A stretch of DNA of 64,000 nucleotides from a virus (taxonomy: Duplodnaviria; Heunggongvirae; Uroviricota; Caudoviricetes). The translations under genes were made by a program, and so were the position numbers. The notes beneath the pieces are model-generated. The model saw only the letters and a list, made by a program, of their open reading frames with translations, was not told the origin of the DNA and ran no database searches. Below, one piece after another: positions 48,899-58,637 of the stretch (within the stretch, counting starts at the first letter, position 1; each line of letters opens with the position of its first letter). The stretch is taken from IMG/VR virus record IMGVR_UViG_3300032782_000004; one strand, written 5' to 3'.

Positions 48899-50131
48899 GT
48901 GGCCAAAACAGCGCCCTGGGACTCACATCTTCTAAAAAACAAGCAGGGCGCTTACCTGCCGTGCCTCAACAATGCGGTCGCGATCCTGACGCATCGAAGC
49001 GAATGGCACAACGTGATCGCCTACGACGCGTTCGCCGGCGTCGTGATCAAGAAAAAGCGCCCGCCGTGGTGCGAGGATACGGCGCCGGAGGACGACTCGC
49101 TCGGCGACTGGTCGAAGGAGGACTCGCTGCGCACCGTCGTCTGGATCACGCGCGAGTACAATTGCCCGGTTCAGACGTACATCGTGGACGAGGCCGTCCA
49201 GGTCGTTGCCGCGCGCTGGCAGACGCATCCGGTGCGTGACTGGCTCAACGCGCAGAAGTGGGATCGCAAGTCGCGGCTCGACTCGTTGTTCATTCGACTC
49301 GGCGGCGCGCCCGACACTATCTACACGAAAGCGGTCACGAAGAATTTCTTTCTCGGTGCGGTCGCGCGGATCATGCGGCCAGGCGAGCAAGTCGATTCGG
49401 TGCTCGTGCTCGAGGGCAAGCAAGGTGCCGGCAAGAGTTCTTTCTTTCGAATCGTCGCGTCGGAGCCGTGGTTCCTCGAAACGTCGATCAACATCGGCAG
49501 CAAAGACGGTTACCAAGCGTTGCGACGAAAATGGATCGTCGAGTTCGCCGAGCTGAGCGCACTTCGACGATCGGATTTCTGGTTGATCAACCAGTTCATC
49601 ACGGCGGTCAAAGACACGTACCGCCCCTCATACGGGCGCTCACCGATCGATTTTCCGCGGCAGGTTGTCTACGGCGGAAGCGTCAATCCGGACGGTGCCG
49701 GCTACTTGAACGATCCGACCGGCGCCCGCCGATTCTGGCCGATACCGGTCAAGAAAATCGATCTCAAAGCGCTTCGCGCTGAGAGGACGCAGCTCTGGGC
49801 CGAGGCCGTGTACCGCTATCGCAAGTGCGAAAAGTGGCACTTGCAGGACGCGAAGCTGCTGCGCGCCGCCGCGGAGGAGGCCGAAGAACGACGGCAAATG
49901 GATCCGTGGGAAACGCACGTTCAAGAATTTCTCGGCCGCGTGAAAAACAAAAAGCTTTACGCGAAGGACGGCGTACGCATCGAAGATCTGCTCGACGACG
50001 CCGTTCAAATGCCTCGCGATCGACAGGAGCATTCGCATCGGATTCGGATGGGACGCGTGCTCCACGTCATCGGCTGGGGGCGCGTCGTGCGAGGTTCCGA
50101 CGGGGCTCGGCGCTACCTTCCAGACGAATAG
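48899..50131 (+). CDS. VirE/P4-type primase C-terminal domain protein (P-loop NTPase)
   Basis: Walker A GKQGAGKSSF, Walker B VLVLE. N-terminal PriCT-like region. Confidence 0.65.
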   Translation: MAKTAPWDSHLLKNKQGAYLPCLNNAVAILTHRSEWHNVIAYDAFAGVVIKKKRPPWCEDTAPEDDSLGDWSKEDSLRTVVWITREYNCPVQTYIVDEAVQVVAARWQTHPVRDWLNAQKWDRKSRLDSLFIRLGGAPDTIYTKAVTKNFFLGAVARIMRPGEQVDSVLVLEGKQGAGKSSFFRIVASEPWFLETSINIGSKDGYQALRRKWIVEFAELSALRRSDFWLINQFITAVKDTYRPSYGRSPIDFPRQVVYGGSVNPDGAGYLNDPTGARRFWPIPVKKIDLKALRAERTQLWAEAVYRYRKCEKWHLQDAKLLRAAAEEAEERRQMDPWETHVQEFLGRVKNKKLYAKDGVRIEDLLDDAVQMPRDRQEHSHRIRMGRVLHVIGWGRVVRGSDGARRYLPDE

Positions 50132-50419
50132 AAATCGAGCATTATTTCCGGTACTGGCGGTCCTAACTATGCGAATACTATCCGATAAAAGTAAAACATC
50201 CAGTACCTCCAGTACAAGAGGGGGGGTCTGGGGAGGGGCATTGGAGAAGGGTGAAAATCTATGGCCCCTCCCCGAAAGACAAACCTCCATTGGAGGTACT
50301 GGAGGTCGCCGATCGGCGCCGAAAATCACGATTCAGCGTGAATCGTACTGCGAATCGTATTTTCGAGCCTTTTCGGATGCGGCAAATTCGGTTGTCGATC
50401 GCAAAATGGGACTACAAAA

Positions 50420-51016
50420 ATGGCTCCCGGCGGAGATCCCCGAAAAGGTCGAAAAGTGACCGCTGGAGGCGATCCGGATTTCTGGCGCACAGAGACGCCA
50501 GAGCGACGCCAATCGGCTGTCGAAACGGCTCCAGTGGCTTTGAACCGCCGGCGACGTACCGTACGCGCGTACACGATTCATCCGAAGCGCATGCTCCACG
50601 TGCTCGAGGAGGATCGCGCGACGTACGAAGCGCCCGTCGAATCACGCCCGACGACGCGCGGTGAATGCGTCGGCGGCGCGCGTCCATGCCCCTTCGTAGG
50701 GTGTCGCTATCATTTGTTTCTCGACGTCAACATGCGTACCGGATCGATCAAGTTCAACTTTCCCGACCTCGAGCCGGAGCAACTCAACGAATCGTGCGCG
50801 CTCGACATCGCCGATCGCGGCGGCGTCGCGCTCGAGGACGTCGGCGAGCTGACGAATATCACTCGCGAGAGAGTCCGACAGATCGAAGTGCGCGCGATGG
50901 CACGGCTTGAGGTGGCGCGGCCGCTTCGAGAGCTCGTCGACGATCGAAGCGGGCTCACGCCAGTGCGCGTCCTCCCGCAAGTGAGATCGCCGCGTGACAA
51001 GCTCGACGGGAAATAG
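50420..51016 (+). CDS. sigma-70 region 4-containing protein (putative phage sigma/anti-sigma-like regulator)
   Basis: [27 protein letters not shown] matches the sigma region 4.2 HTH. Start uncertain. Confidence 0.45.
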   Translation: MAPGGDPRKGRKVTAGGDPDFWRTETPERRQSAVETAPVALNRRRRTVRAYTIHPKRMLHVLEEDRATYEAPVESRPTTRGECVGGARPCPFVGCRYHLFLDVNMRTGSIKFNFPDLEPEQLNESCALDIADRGGVALEDVGELTNITRERVRQIEVRAMARLEVARPLRELVDDRSGLTPVRVLPQVRSPRDKLDGK

Positions 51017-51042
51017 CACGACCTAAAATTGAGGTACCTACA

Positions 51043-51282
51043 TTGCGCCCCATCGAAGAGATAAAACGCTTGATCGAAATGTATCCGCCGCGCTTCCGCC
51101 GCTGGTGCGACACGCCCGAGAACGGCGGTTGCGCCTGCATGGGGTGCGTACGCTGGCCCGCGCCATCGACTGTTCGCGGAGATCCCGAAGGGAAGCCGTT
51201 TCCGAACCCGGAGGATGCGCTCACGAGAGAAGAGGTCGAGATGTGGGCGCAAACAGGTCCGAAGGCCAAGACGCCTCGATGA
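51043..51282 (+). CDS. small Cys-containing hypothetical protein
   Basis: 79 aa. Confidence 0.25.
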   Translation: MRPIEEIKRLIEMYPPRFRRWCDTPENGGCACMGCVRWPAPSTVRGDPEGKPFPNPEDALTREEVEMWAQTGPKAKTPR

Positions 51283-51561
51283 AAGAGACGAACCGGGGGG
51301 GTAGTGGCCGGATTTGAAGCGTCATTTTCAATTCCGGCCACTACCGAAAAACGTGACCGATCGCCTTTGCCGTTCGGCCGGATTGGCGCTCGACATCGAC
51401 GACACATTGGTGTAAAAGTGTCTCCAAAATGGCCGCCAAGAAGCGCACAGAGCAGGATAACGATTTGGTTCGCGTTCAAACACGTGCCCTGGAACATGAA
51501 GCGCGTCGATGGGCGCTCGCAGCGCGCAAAGAGATGCGAAGCCTAAGCTCGTGGTTGCGAC

Positions 51562-52998
51562 GTGTGGCAAACGCCGCCGCCGCTACGGAAAAAGGATAAA
51601 GGCAGATCGATGCGCAAGATCGAGCGATTGACACCCGAACAAGATCGGCAGCTTCCTCTCTGGTACGCAGAATGGCTAGCAGTAGGACGCGCGACCGGCG
51701 AATCCGACAAGTCGCGTACTGAGATTACGATCTCGAAGATGTACGCCCGCATCGGACAGAAAGAGCCGGGCTACATCTGGCTCGACTCGCCCGCCGCGTA
51801 CTGCATCGCGATTGAGATCTTGCGAGCGACAGCGAGCAAGTCGCTCTGGCCGCAGCTCCGGTCGCAGCTCCGGTCGCAGCTCTGGTCGCAGCTCCGGTCG
51901 CAGCTCTGGTCGCAGCTCGAGTCGCAGCTCGGGTCGCAGCTCCGGTCGCAGCTCGGGTCGCAGCTCGGGTCGCAGCTCCGGTCGCAGCTCTGGTCGCAGC
52001 TCGAGTCGCAGCTCGGGTCGCAGCTCCGGTCGCAGCTCGAGTCGCAGCTCGAGTCGCAGCTCGAGTCGCAGCTCCGGTTGCAGCTCCGGTTGCAGCTCTG
52101 GTCGCAGCTCTGGTCGCAGCTCCGGTCGCAGCTCGGGTCGCAGCTCGTGTCGCAGCTCCGGTCGCAGCTCCGGTCGCAGCTCGGGTCGCAGCTCGAGTCG
52201 CAGCTCCGGTCGCAGCTCGGGTCGCAGCTCGAGTCGCAGCTCCGGTCGCAGCTCGGGTCGCAGCTCGAGTCGGACGCGAGAGCAGCGGCCCATCAATGCT
52301 TTTGGGGCCAGCACGAAGCTGGGTGGATCGCGTTCTATCTGTTCTGCCGCGAAATCGTCCGCGCGAAATATCCGGCGGAATGGTCCGAGGTGCTCGACTG
52401 GTGGGCAGATCTCACGCGCTCCTGTTTCTGGTGGTGGCCGTACAAGGGTATCGTGTTCGTGTCCGCTCGACCGGCGACGTTGCGCCTAGATGCAGCGGGA
52501 CGGCTTCATTCTGAGCGCGATGCCGCGATGTCGTTCAACGACGGGTACGCGCTACATGCGTGGCATGGGACGGTCGTTCCCGAGAAGGTCATCGTCGCGC
52601 CCGATTCTTTTTGCAGCGACGAGATTCGCGCGCTCGACAATACCGAGGTGACGCGCGCCCTGGCAGAGCGTCTCGGATGGGCGAAGTTTCTGGAAAAGCT
52701 CGGCGCAACACCGCTCAATTCCTGGACGGACCCGCGCACCGGGCTTGCCTACGAGCTTCTCGAAACGAACCTTGGCGGGGAGCCTGCGCGCTTCGTCAAG
52801 AAGCAGTCGTCGGTTTTGAAAGACGGCTCACAGCCGTTCTACATGGAACCAGTGCCCCGCGAATGCGCGACTGCGCAAAGCGCTCGCAAGTGGCAGGCCA
52901 TGGCGGCGTTTCTCGATGACGGCGATGAGCGCGGCGCACTGGAGCTCGCCGCCCATTGCAACAGGGATCCGGAGCTCGTTTACCAGTTCGAGGCATAG
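51562..52998 (+). CDS. tetrapeptide tandem-repeat protein (SQL[RWGE] x ~35) with unique N- and C-terminal domains
   Basis: The repeat-region translation SQLRSQLWSQLRSQLG... is flanked by a ~95-aa N-terminal and a ~240-aa Trp/Cys-rich C-terminal domain. Confidence 0.45.
   Translation: MWQTPPPLRKKDKGRSMRKIERLTPEQDRQLPLWYAEWLAVGRATGESDKSRTEITISKMYARIGQKEPGYIWLDSPAAYCIAIEILRATASKSLWPQLRSQLRSQLWSQLRSQLWSQLESQLGSQLRSQLGSQLGSQLRSQLWSQLESQLGSQLRSQLESQLESQLESQLRLQLRLQLWSQLWSQLRSQLGSQLVSQLRSQLRSQLGSQLESQLRSQLGSQLESQLRSQLGSQLESDARAAAHQCFWGQHEAGWIAFYLFCREIVRAKYPAEWSEVLDWWADLTRSCFWWWPYKGIVFVSARPATLRLDAAGRLHSERDAAMSFNDGYALHAWHGTVVPEKVIVAPDSFCSDEIRALDNTEVTRALAERLGWAKFLEKLGATPLNSWTDPRTGLAYELLETNLGGEPARFVKKQSSVLKDGSQPFYMEPVPRECATAQSARKWQAMAAFLDDGDERGALELAAHCNRDPELVYQFEA
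51848..52272. repeat. 12-bp tandem repeat (~35 copies)
   Basis: Unit tcgcagctccgg with third/ninth-position variants (ctcgag, ctctgg, ctcggg). Open in several frames. Confidence 0.8.
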
Positions 52999-53088
52999 TC
53001 CCATGAAACGCAAAGCGTCTCCGCGCAACAGACGACTACAGAGCAAAACACGCCGCCTACGAACGAGTCAGAAAGGACCGTATCCGCA

Positions 53089-53433
53089 ATGAACGCAAAA
53101 CAAGTGATAGCCCTCTTCAAGAAGACTGAGTTCTTGGGTCGACATGGGGATGTCGTGATCGTTCGCGATCAGGCCGCGTCTGCTGACGGAGAGCCCCTGA
53201 AAGAGAAGGTCCTCGCGTATGGCGAGGTGACCAACCACAGTCACAGGATCGCCAAAGGACGAGCGCAGGTCGTCGCCGTGGCGAACGCTGTCGCGCAGCG
53301 GCTCGTGAACGTCGCGCGAGCGGCCGTCGTGGACCATGAGGAGCACACGGCGCAGAAGCTCCCGAAGGGGATGTACCGGAGCGGTATTCAGGCGCAATGG
53401 ACTCCAGAAGGGCTACGACCCGTGATCGACTGA
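53089..53433 (+). CDS. hypothetical protein
   Basis: 114 aa. Confidence 0.3.
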   Translation: MNAKQVIALFKKTEFLGRHGDVVIVRDQAASADGEPLKEKVLAYGEVTNHSHRIAKGRAQVVAVANAVAQRLVNVARAAVVDHEEHTAQKLPKGMYRSGIQAQWTPEGLRPVID

Positions 53434-53446
53434 GAGGCTCTCGCCG

Positions 53447-53734
53447 ATGAAAAGCGACCTGCTCCAGTTCTTCGACCTGCCCATGTGGCTCGCGCTGTTG
53501 GCGTTGATTCTGACGACGCTCGTTCGCCTGCGACGACTCGAGCGCGACGCGCACGCACCGGTCGACCTGCGGCCGGCGATTGCCGATGAAGTCACGCGGC
53601 AGCTCGCGAAGCACCCCATCACCACGCACGACCACAAAGTCCTCATCGAGATGATTCGCGCCGACTCCGAAGTTGCGAAGGAAATGGTCAAGAGCATGGG
53701 CGAGCGAGCGAAGCGTTCCGAAAGGTTCGGATGA
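53447..53734 (+). CDS. hypothetical membrane protein
   Basis: N-terminal TM LPMWLALLALILTTLV. Confidence 0.3.
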   Translation: MKSDLLQFFDLPMWLALLALILTTLVRLRRLERDAHAPVDLRPAIADEVTRQLAKHPITTHDHKVLIEMIRADSEVAKEMVKSMGERAKRSERFG

Positions 53735-53856
53735 AGATCTACGTCGCATCATCCTGGCGCAACGTCTTGCAGCCAGGCATCTGGTCCGGCGCCGAGGCGT
53801 GGGCGCTGGTCGTCGAGGAGTTGCGCCGTCGCGAGACGGTCAGGGGGGCGAGTTGA

Positions 53857-54239
53857 TGGCCCGCATGAGCGACGATGAGATTTCAGAACTCGCCGAGGCG
53901 CTGGAAAACGCGTGTCGTGCGTTCGAACGAATGGGCGGGTGCATCACGAGCGCGCACATGACCTTTGGCCGGTGCCCAATTGGAGCGCTGCTCAGACGAA
54001 TCGGTGACCCGCATCCGTCCGGGGATGTAGCGGCGAAGCTCCTCAAGATCGATCCAGGCGCCGCGTGGTCGTTCATGGCCGGGTTCGATGGCCGTAATGA
54101 ACCCGATTCCGATCGCCGCCTCTTCCAGCTCGGTCGACTCTTCCGCGAGCAGTACGATCCCGATCGCCACCAGCCATCGAAGCAGCACGCCCGCACAGCG
54201 GCGAAGCGGAAAGCGAAAGGTGGAGGTGCCCCGGCATGA
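53857..54239 (+). CDS. hypothetical protein
   Basis: Internal start MARMSDDEISELAEALENACRAF. Confidence 0.3.
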
Positions 54240-55396
54240 ACCTTCAACCTTCAGCCTCTCGCACGGCGTTGCTTCTCGCATGCCCTCGCCCGTTCGACCC
54301 CGAACTCGACGTCGAGCTCGAAGAACCGGGCGAGCCAGCGCGTTACGGCAGCGCCTTCCACCAAGTGATCGCAGCGTGCCTTCGAGGATCAGCCAAAAAA
54401 CCGCTCGAGAAATCGATCGCTGCATATACACGCGAGATCAACCGGGCTACGAAGAAGTTCGACGTCGTCGCCGCCGCGCAAGAACTCGCCGGACACGTCA
54501 AAAGCAGTGTGCAAGTGCTTCGAAAATGGCTCGCACGCGAAAATCTAATCGTGCAGCAAGTCGAAACAGCACGCGCAGTGCACGCGACCGCGATAGGGGA
54601 TTGGACGAGGCGAACGATTTCGCCGCACGACGAGGACCATCGTTACGACGTTGTATCGGACGAAGTCCCAGGCACGATCGATCTAGTCGCCGCGAATTCC
54701 AAGCGGATCGTCGTCCTCGACCACAAGACAGGCGGCATCGACGAGAACTTCGCTCGTCCGAGCTTGATCCCTCAAATGCGTACGCTCGGATTGGTCGAAT
54801 TGGGTGCACGATCAGCCGTCATCGAGGTCGCTATTTTTCACGCTGACAGGCGCGGCTTGCCGATCGTCTACTCTGAAGAGTACGAACCTGTCGAACAGCA
54901 CAAACACGCCGCTGCGCTCGCCAAAGCTGTCTCGCGCATCGGTCAGGGATTTCTTCGGCCCGGCCCCTATTGTAGACGGTGCCCGGCACGCACCACTTGT
55001 CCGGCGCATGCGGCTGATCTCCTCGCCGAAAGCTCGGCGGCGCTCGTCCAATCGGCCAGTGCGCTCGCCGTAGAGCCGATCCAAGGGCCGTTGGCTCCGG
55101 CGACGGGCGCGAGCATCGAGCAGCGAGCCGGAGCGCTCTACGACCTTCTCAAGAAGTTTCGCGCGCTCGAGAAGGCAGGCTCAGAAGAAATCAAGCGCCT
55201 CGTCCGTGAAGGCGCTGTCATCGAAACGCGAACGGGCGAAGTGCTCGCCCTTCGAAAACAGAGCTACGAGACGCTTTCGAAAAAGAGCGTCATCGAAGCG
55301 CTCGGGAAAGTCGCCGGGGAGAGGGAGCTCGAGAAGCTTCGGAAAAAGGGCGCCCTGCGAGAAACGACACGAGAAATGCTCGTCCCGGAGAAGTGA
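54236..55396 (+). CDS. PD-(D/E)xK nuclease, Cas4/RecB-exonuclease-like, with C-terminal Cys cluster
   Basis: Motif II-III IDLVAANSKRIVVLDHKTGG. C-terminal CRRCPARTTCP plus N-terminal Cys form a Fe-S-type cluster. GGAGG RBS. Sits in the replication module, not adjacent to the CRISPR array. Confidence 0.6.
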   Translation: MNLQPSASRTALLLACPRPFDPELDVELEEPGEPARYGSAFHQVIAACLRGSAKKPLEKSIAAYTREINRATKKFDVVAAAQELAGHVKSSVQVLRKWLARENLIVQQVETARAVHATAIGDWTRRTISPHDEDHRYDVVSDEVPGTIDLVAANSKRIVVLDHKTGGIDENFARPSLIPQMRTLGLVELGARSAVIEVAIFHADRRGLPIVYSEEYEPVEQHKHAAALAKAVSRIGQGFLRPGPYCRRCPARTTCPAHAADLLAESSAALVQSASALAVEPIQGPLAPATGASIEQRAGALYDLLKKFRALEKAGSEEIKRLVREGAVIETRTGEVLALRKQSYETLSKKSVIEALGKVAGERELEKLRKKGALRETTREMLVPEK

Positions 55397-55423
55397 AGGA
55401 CAACCCTCAACGAGAGAGTTCAA

Positions 55424-55720
55424 ATGAAGAAGGATCGCGTGCGCGTCGGATTACCGGTCGCCCCCGGTGTGCACACTATAATCAGGGAGAAAGACGACGG
55501 CAACGGTACGCAGACGACCGAAGTCGGATATTTCGCGGCGTTGAAAAACGGCGAAGCGATCCCTGACAACACGGAAATCGTACTCCTCGACGAAGAGTCC
55601 GAAGGCGGTTGGCGCGACGTAAAATTAAGCCATCGCGCTGGTCCGGCGCAAGTTGCAACGCGGGCATACCGCGACGGGTACGATCGAATTTTCGGCAAAC
55701 AGGAAGTCGGACAGGCCTAG
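55424..55720 (+). CDS. hypothetical protein
   Basis: 98 aa. Confidence 0.3.
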   Translation: MKKDRVRVGLPVAPGVHTIIREKDDGNGTQTTEVGYFAALKNGEAIPDNTEIVLLDEESEGGWRDVKLSHRAGPAQVATRAYRDGYDRIFGKQEVGQA

Positions 55721-55735
55721 AAAAACGAAGGGAAG

Positions 55736-56131
55736 TTGATGGAAGCGGACAAGAAGAAGTGGGACATCGCGACGGTCGTGAAGGGCGCGCGCTACGAGAT
55801 CCAGATCAGCGTGTTGCGTCTCTTTCGGCCTATGTACAGCTTGCAGATTTGCGAGATCGGCGGGAACCGATTCCTTCGAATCGCAACGAGCGGTCAAGGC
55901 AAAATCGAAGTGGCGCCAATCGACACCGCCGAGCTCGTTGAGCTCGTACAGCGCGCCGAGACGTGGATTTTGAGCGATCGGCAGGCACGCGAAGACGAGA
56001 TCGTCGAGGAGCGTGCAAAACGTGACATGCGTGATGCAACGCCGCAGGGGCCCGCGCCGCGGCGGACAGGTAAGACGGAGCGCAAGCGAGAACGCGATCG
56101 TGATCGAAGGAGAGGTGACAAATGGGCCTAA
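55736..56131 (+). CDS. hypothetical protein
   Basis: 131 aa, basic C-terminus. Confidence 0.3.
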   Translation: MMEADKKKWDIATVVKGARYEIQISVLRLFRPMYSLQICEIGGNRFLRIATSGQGKIEVAPIDTAELVELVQRAETWILSDRQAREDEIVEERAKRDMRDATPQGPAPRRTGKTERKRERDRDRRRGDKWA

Positions 56132-57039
56132 CCGATATGGCGAAGGACAAGCACGGGCGGGAGTTTCGAGATGGGTGCCTGTTCTGGCGTTGGGGAACTA
56201 AGTCGCTGTACCGGTTCTTGCAGACAGAGGACGCGCTGTTTTCTCTTGTGCACGGCTTCAAGCTCAAAGGCGTTAGCGCCTCTGCGCACCTTGTACAGCA
56301 AGGCGATGCGTACGAGATCCTTGCGTACGGTTTGTCGGGCGATCCCATCCCGGGGCAGTTCAAGCCGGAGCGCGACGCGGAGGGACGGCCAGTGCTCTGC
56401 GACTTCCAGTGCATCGACTGCAAGCGGTATCCGCGAACAGAGGAGATCGCGGGGCTGCGAGGTATGTCCGCATGGCGCTGCGAGGAATGTGGGCCGATCG
56501 CGACAGCGCGACACTTGATCGATAAAAAGATCGACATCCGGTACCCATGCGGCACTTGCGTGAACGTCGGCGATAGTGTCTATGCTCATGCTCTGGGCAA
56601 AGCCCTGGTGACCGATCTGCGTCCGACGAACGCGCACGGGAACACCGTGATGATCGAGTACTACGACGGAGGCCAAGTAGCTATGGCCCCTCAATACCTG
56701 ACGCTGATATCAAGAGAGCCGCCACCGCATGCCGCCAAGAAGATCGAAATCCTGGTGGCTGATCTGCGTCCTTCGGCGAAGGAGCTCGAGTCGATCTTCG
56801 AGGCGCGCGTTGTGCGGCTGCATGACAAGAGCCCGTGGTCGACGTCTATCTCTTCAAACCTGTGGGCGGCCGTGCTCTACCGCGGCGCCGATGTTCGCGT
56901 GCTCACGCTGACGCGAGACGAGATTGAGAAGAAGAGCGGCGAACTCGAGCCGTCGCTGCCACGCGGCTTGCGGCAAGCGCAGGCATTCCGCGCGCTGTGC
57001 ATCGAAAAAGCGAAGACGTTTTGGGGCGGAACGAGATAA
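56122..57039 (+). CDS. Cys-rich hypothetical protein
   Basis: 305 aa. CDFQCIDC...CEEC...CGTC motifs. Confidence 0.35.
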   Translation: MGLTDMAKDKHGREFRDGCLFWRWGTKSLYRFLQTEDALFSLVHGFKLKGVSASAHLVQQGDAYEILAYGLSGDPIPGQFKPERDAEGRPVLCDFQCIDCKRYPRTEEIAGLRGMSAWRCEECGPIATARHLIDKKIDIRYPCGTCVNVGDSVYAHALGKALVTDLRPTNAHGNTVMIEYYDGGQVAMAPQYLTLISREPPPHAAKKIEILVADLRPSAKELESIFEARVVRLHDKSPWSTSISSNLWAAVLYRGADVRVLTLTRDEIEKKSGELEPSLPRGLRQAQAFRALCIEKAKTFWGGTR

Positions 57040-57224
57040 CGAATGGACCTCTCGTATTGCGAACGCGAACTGCTCGTGAGGATAGCTCTACGGATCAGAG
57101 AAAGAGCTCAAGCCGATGAAACGCTCTTAAAGACGCCCAATCGCTTCGACATTGCCGGCGTCAGGTATGTGATGGGACGAGCTAGTACGCTACTGTTAGC
57201 TCTAGCGAACGAGGACTGAAAAAA

Positions 57225-57698
57225 ATGGTAGAAGAAAACTTGGAAGAACGGGTTAATCACCCCAAATGGTATACCAGCCATTCGAGTGGCATCGAGTGTA
57301 TCGATCTCATCGAGCACTTGCCGTGCAATCTCGCCAACGCCGTGAAGTACATTTGGCGTTGCGGCTTGAAGATGTCAGAAACACCGCTCCGCGAGTTGAA
57401 GTCGGCAAAGTGGTACGTCGAACGCGAGGATCGACGATGGGCGCTCTACGGAATCGAATCGCCTTCATCTGAACTGGACGTTGTTTGGCGTGCTGTCGCC
57501 AGGCGCGTCATTCTCGCCGACGGCGCTGACCAAACGACGCTAGCTTCGTTTCTCGACGCACTCCTCGACTACGATTTCACCGGAATGGCCGAAGTGCTCG
57601 ATGAGTCCATCCGCGAAGCCGAAGCGGCGCTAGCGATGCACGAAGCTGCGGTAACGATGGCTGTCCGCGAAGCCGAGGCTGCGAAAGAGTCCAAATGA
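57225..57698 (+). CDS. DUF3310 family phage protein
   Basis: NHPKWYTSHSSGIECIDLIEHLPCNLANAVKYIWR matches the DUF3310 N-terminal signature (NHP.HY...IE.ID). GAGGA RBS. Confidence 0.55.
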   Translation: MVEENLEERVNHPKWYTSHSSGIECIDLIEHLPCNLANAVKYIWRCGLKMSETPLRELKSAKWYVEREDRRWALYGIESPSSELDVVWRAVARRVILADGADQTTLASFLDALLDYDFTGMAEVLDESIREAEAALAMHEAAVTMAVREAEAAKESK

Positions 57699-58195
57699 AA
57701 CTGGTCTACGTCGCGGGCCCTTTTTCCGGCCCTACGCGCAACGTTGTCGAGGCGAACATCCGGCGTGCGGTCGAGGTCGGGTTGGAGGTCGCGAAAGCGG
57801 GCTTCATGCCCGTAGTGCCGCACGCGAACACGGCAGATCCGGAGTACGAAAAAGTTCAGCCTTACGAGTTCTGGATCGAAGGTACAACGGCGCTCCTGCT
57901 TCTATGCGACGCGATGGTCGTCGTCCCGGATGCGACAGTGGTGTTAATTTCAATTCGGCGTTTCCAACAATCGGGGCGAGGCATGCACGAACTGCTAGCC
58001 AGCGCAGATAGGTGCGGTGTCGTCGAGACGTGGTGCGAACCTACTTACGATACTCGGGTAGCTTTAATGGGACGGTACTCCAGGTCGGCCGATTCGAGCG
58101 GCGTCAAGAGAGAACGTGAACAGGCTGCACGCCGCGGGATCCCCGTCTTCGAAACACTCGAAGCGCTACGAGCGTGGGGCGATGCGAACAATTGA
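57695..58195 (+). CDS. DUF4406/nucleoside 2-deoxyribosyltransferase-like protein
   Basis: MKLVYVAGPFSGPT...AKAGFMPVVPH matches DUF4406 (MK.VYIAGP..G). Confidence 0.5.
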   Translation: MKLVYVAGPFSGPTRNVVEANIRRAVEVGLEVAKAGFMPVVPHANTADPEYEKVQPYEFWIEGTTALLLLCDAMVVVPDATVVLISIRRFQQSGRGMHELLASADRCGVVETWCEPTYDTRVALMGRYSRSADSSGVKREREQAARRGIPVFETLEALRAWGDANN

Positions 58196-58391
58196 ACGCA
58201 TCTTGCGGAACGTCGCGCGCTGCCGTGCGTGCGGCGACGTTGTTGAAAGCACGCATCGGCGCCATTTCGTCAAATGCCGATGCGGCGAGCTGTTCGTCGA
58301 CGGGGGTACTGACTACTTGCGTCGCGGGTGGGGCGCGGCGGGATTCGACGAACTCAGCGAGTTCGAAACTCAACTCGAAAAGCCTGGTTGA
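58182..58391 (+). CDS. small zinc-ribbon protein
   Basis: MRTIERILRNVARCRACGDVVESTHRRHFVKCRCGELF. Confidence 0.3.
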   Translation: MRTIERILRNVARCRACGDVVESTHRRHFVKCRCGELFVDGGTDYLRRGWGAAGFDELSEFETQLEKPG

Positions 58392-58502
58392 AGTGATCCG
58401 CCGGACATCTGCCGCCCACTTGAGCCTTCTTTGACAGAAGGTTTCACGGTTGCTATCTTTCAACCAGAGCGCCGGGTTCATTCCCCGACCCACGTTCTCG
58501 GC

Positions 58503-58539
58503 CGCACCCCTTTTCGACGGGGGGTGCGGCTTTTTTCTT
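58503..58539 (+). terminator. rho-independent terminator
   Basis: GCCGCACCCC-ttttcgac-GGGGTGCGGC followed by TTTTTTC. Confidence 0.6.
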
Positions 58540-58637
58540 GCGATCGATCAGGCGTTTCGCTAGAACCGTCAACCTGAGCCCAACGTCGAAGCGACGCCAC
58601 TCGAAGGCGGCGGCGGGCAAAGAGAACCGGGAAAAAC

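Noticed and set aside
51676-52489. ELRP/SGRS repeat ORFs over the 12-bp repeat
   Set aside because: Frame ambiguity of a repeat open in all frames; the plus-strand SQLR frame has unique N- and C-terminal domains.
54236-55396. Cas4-like nuclease as the CRISPR adaptation gene
   Set aside because: It lies 14 kb from the array inside a replication/recombination module, so it is more likely a phage exonuclease.
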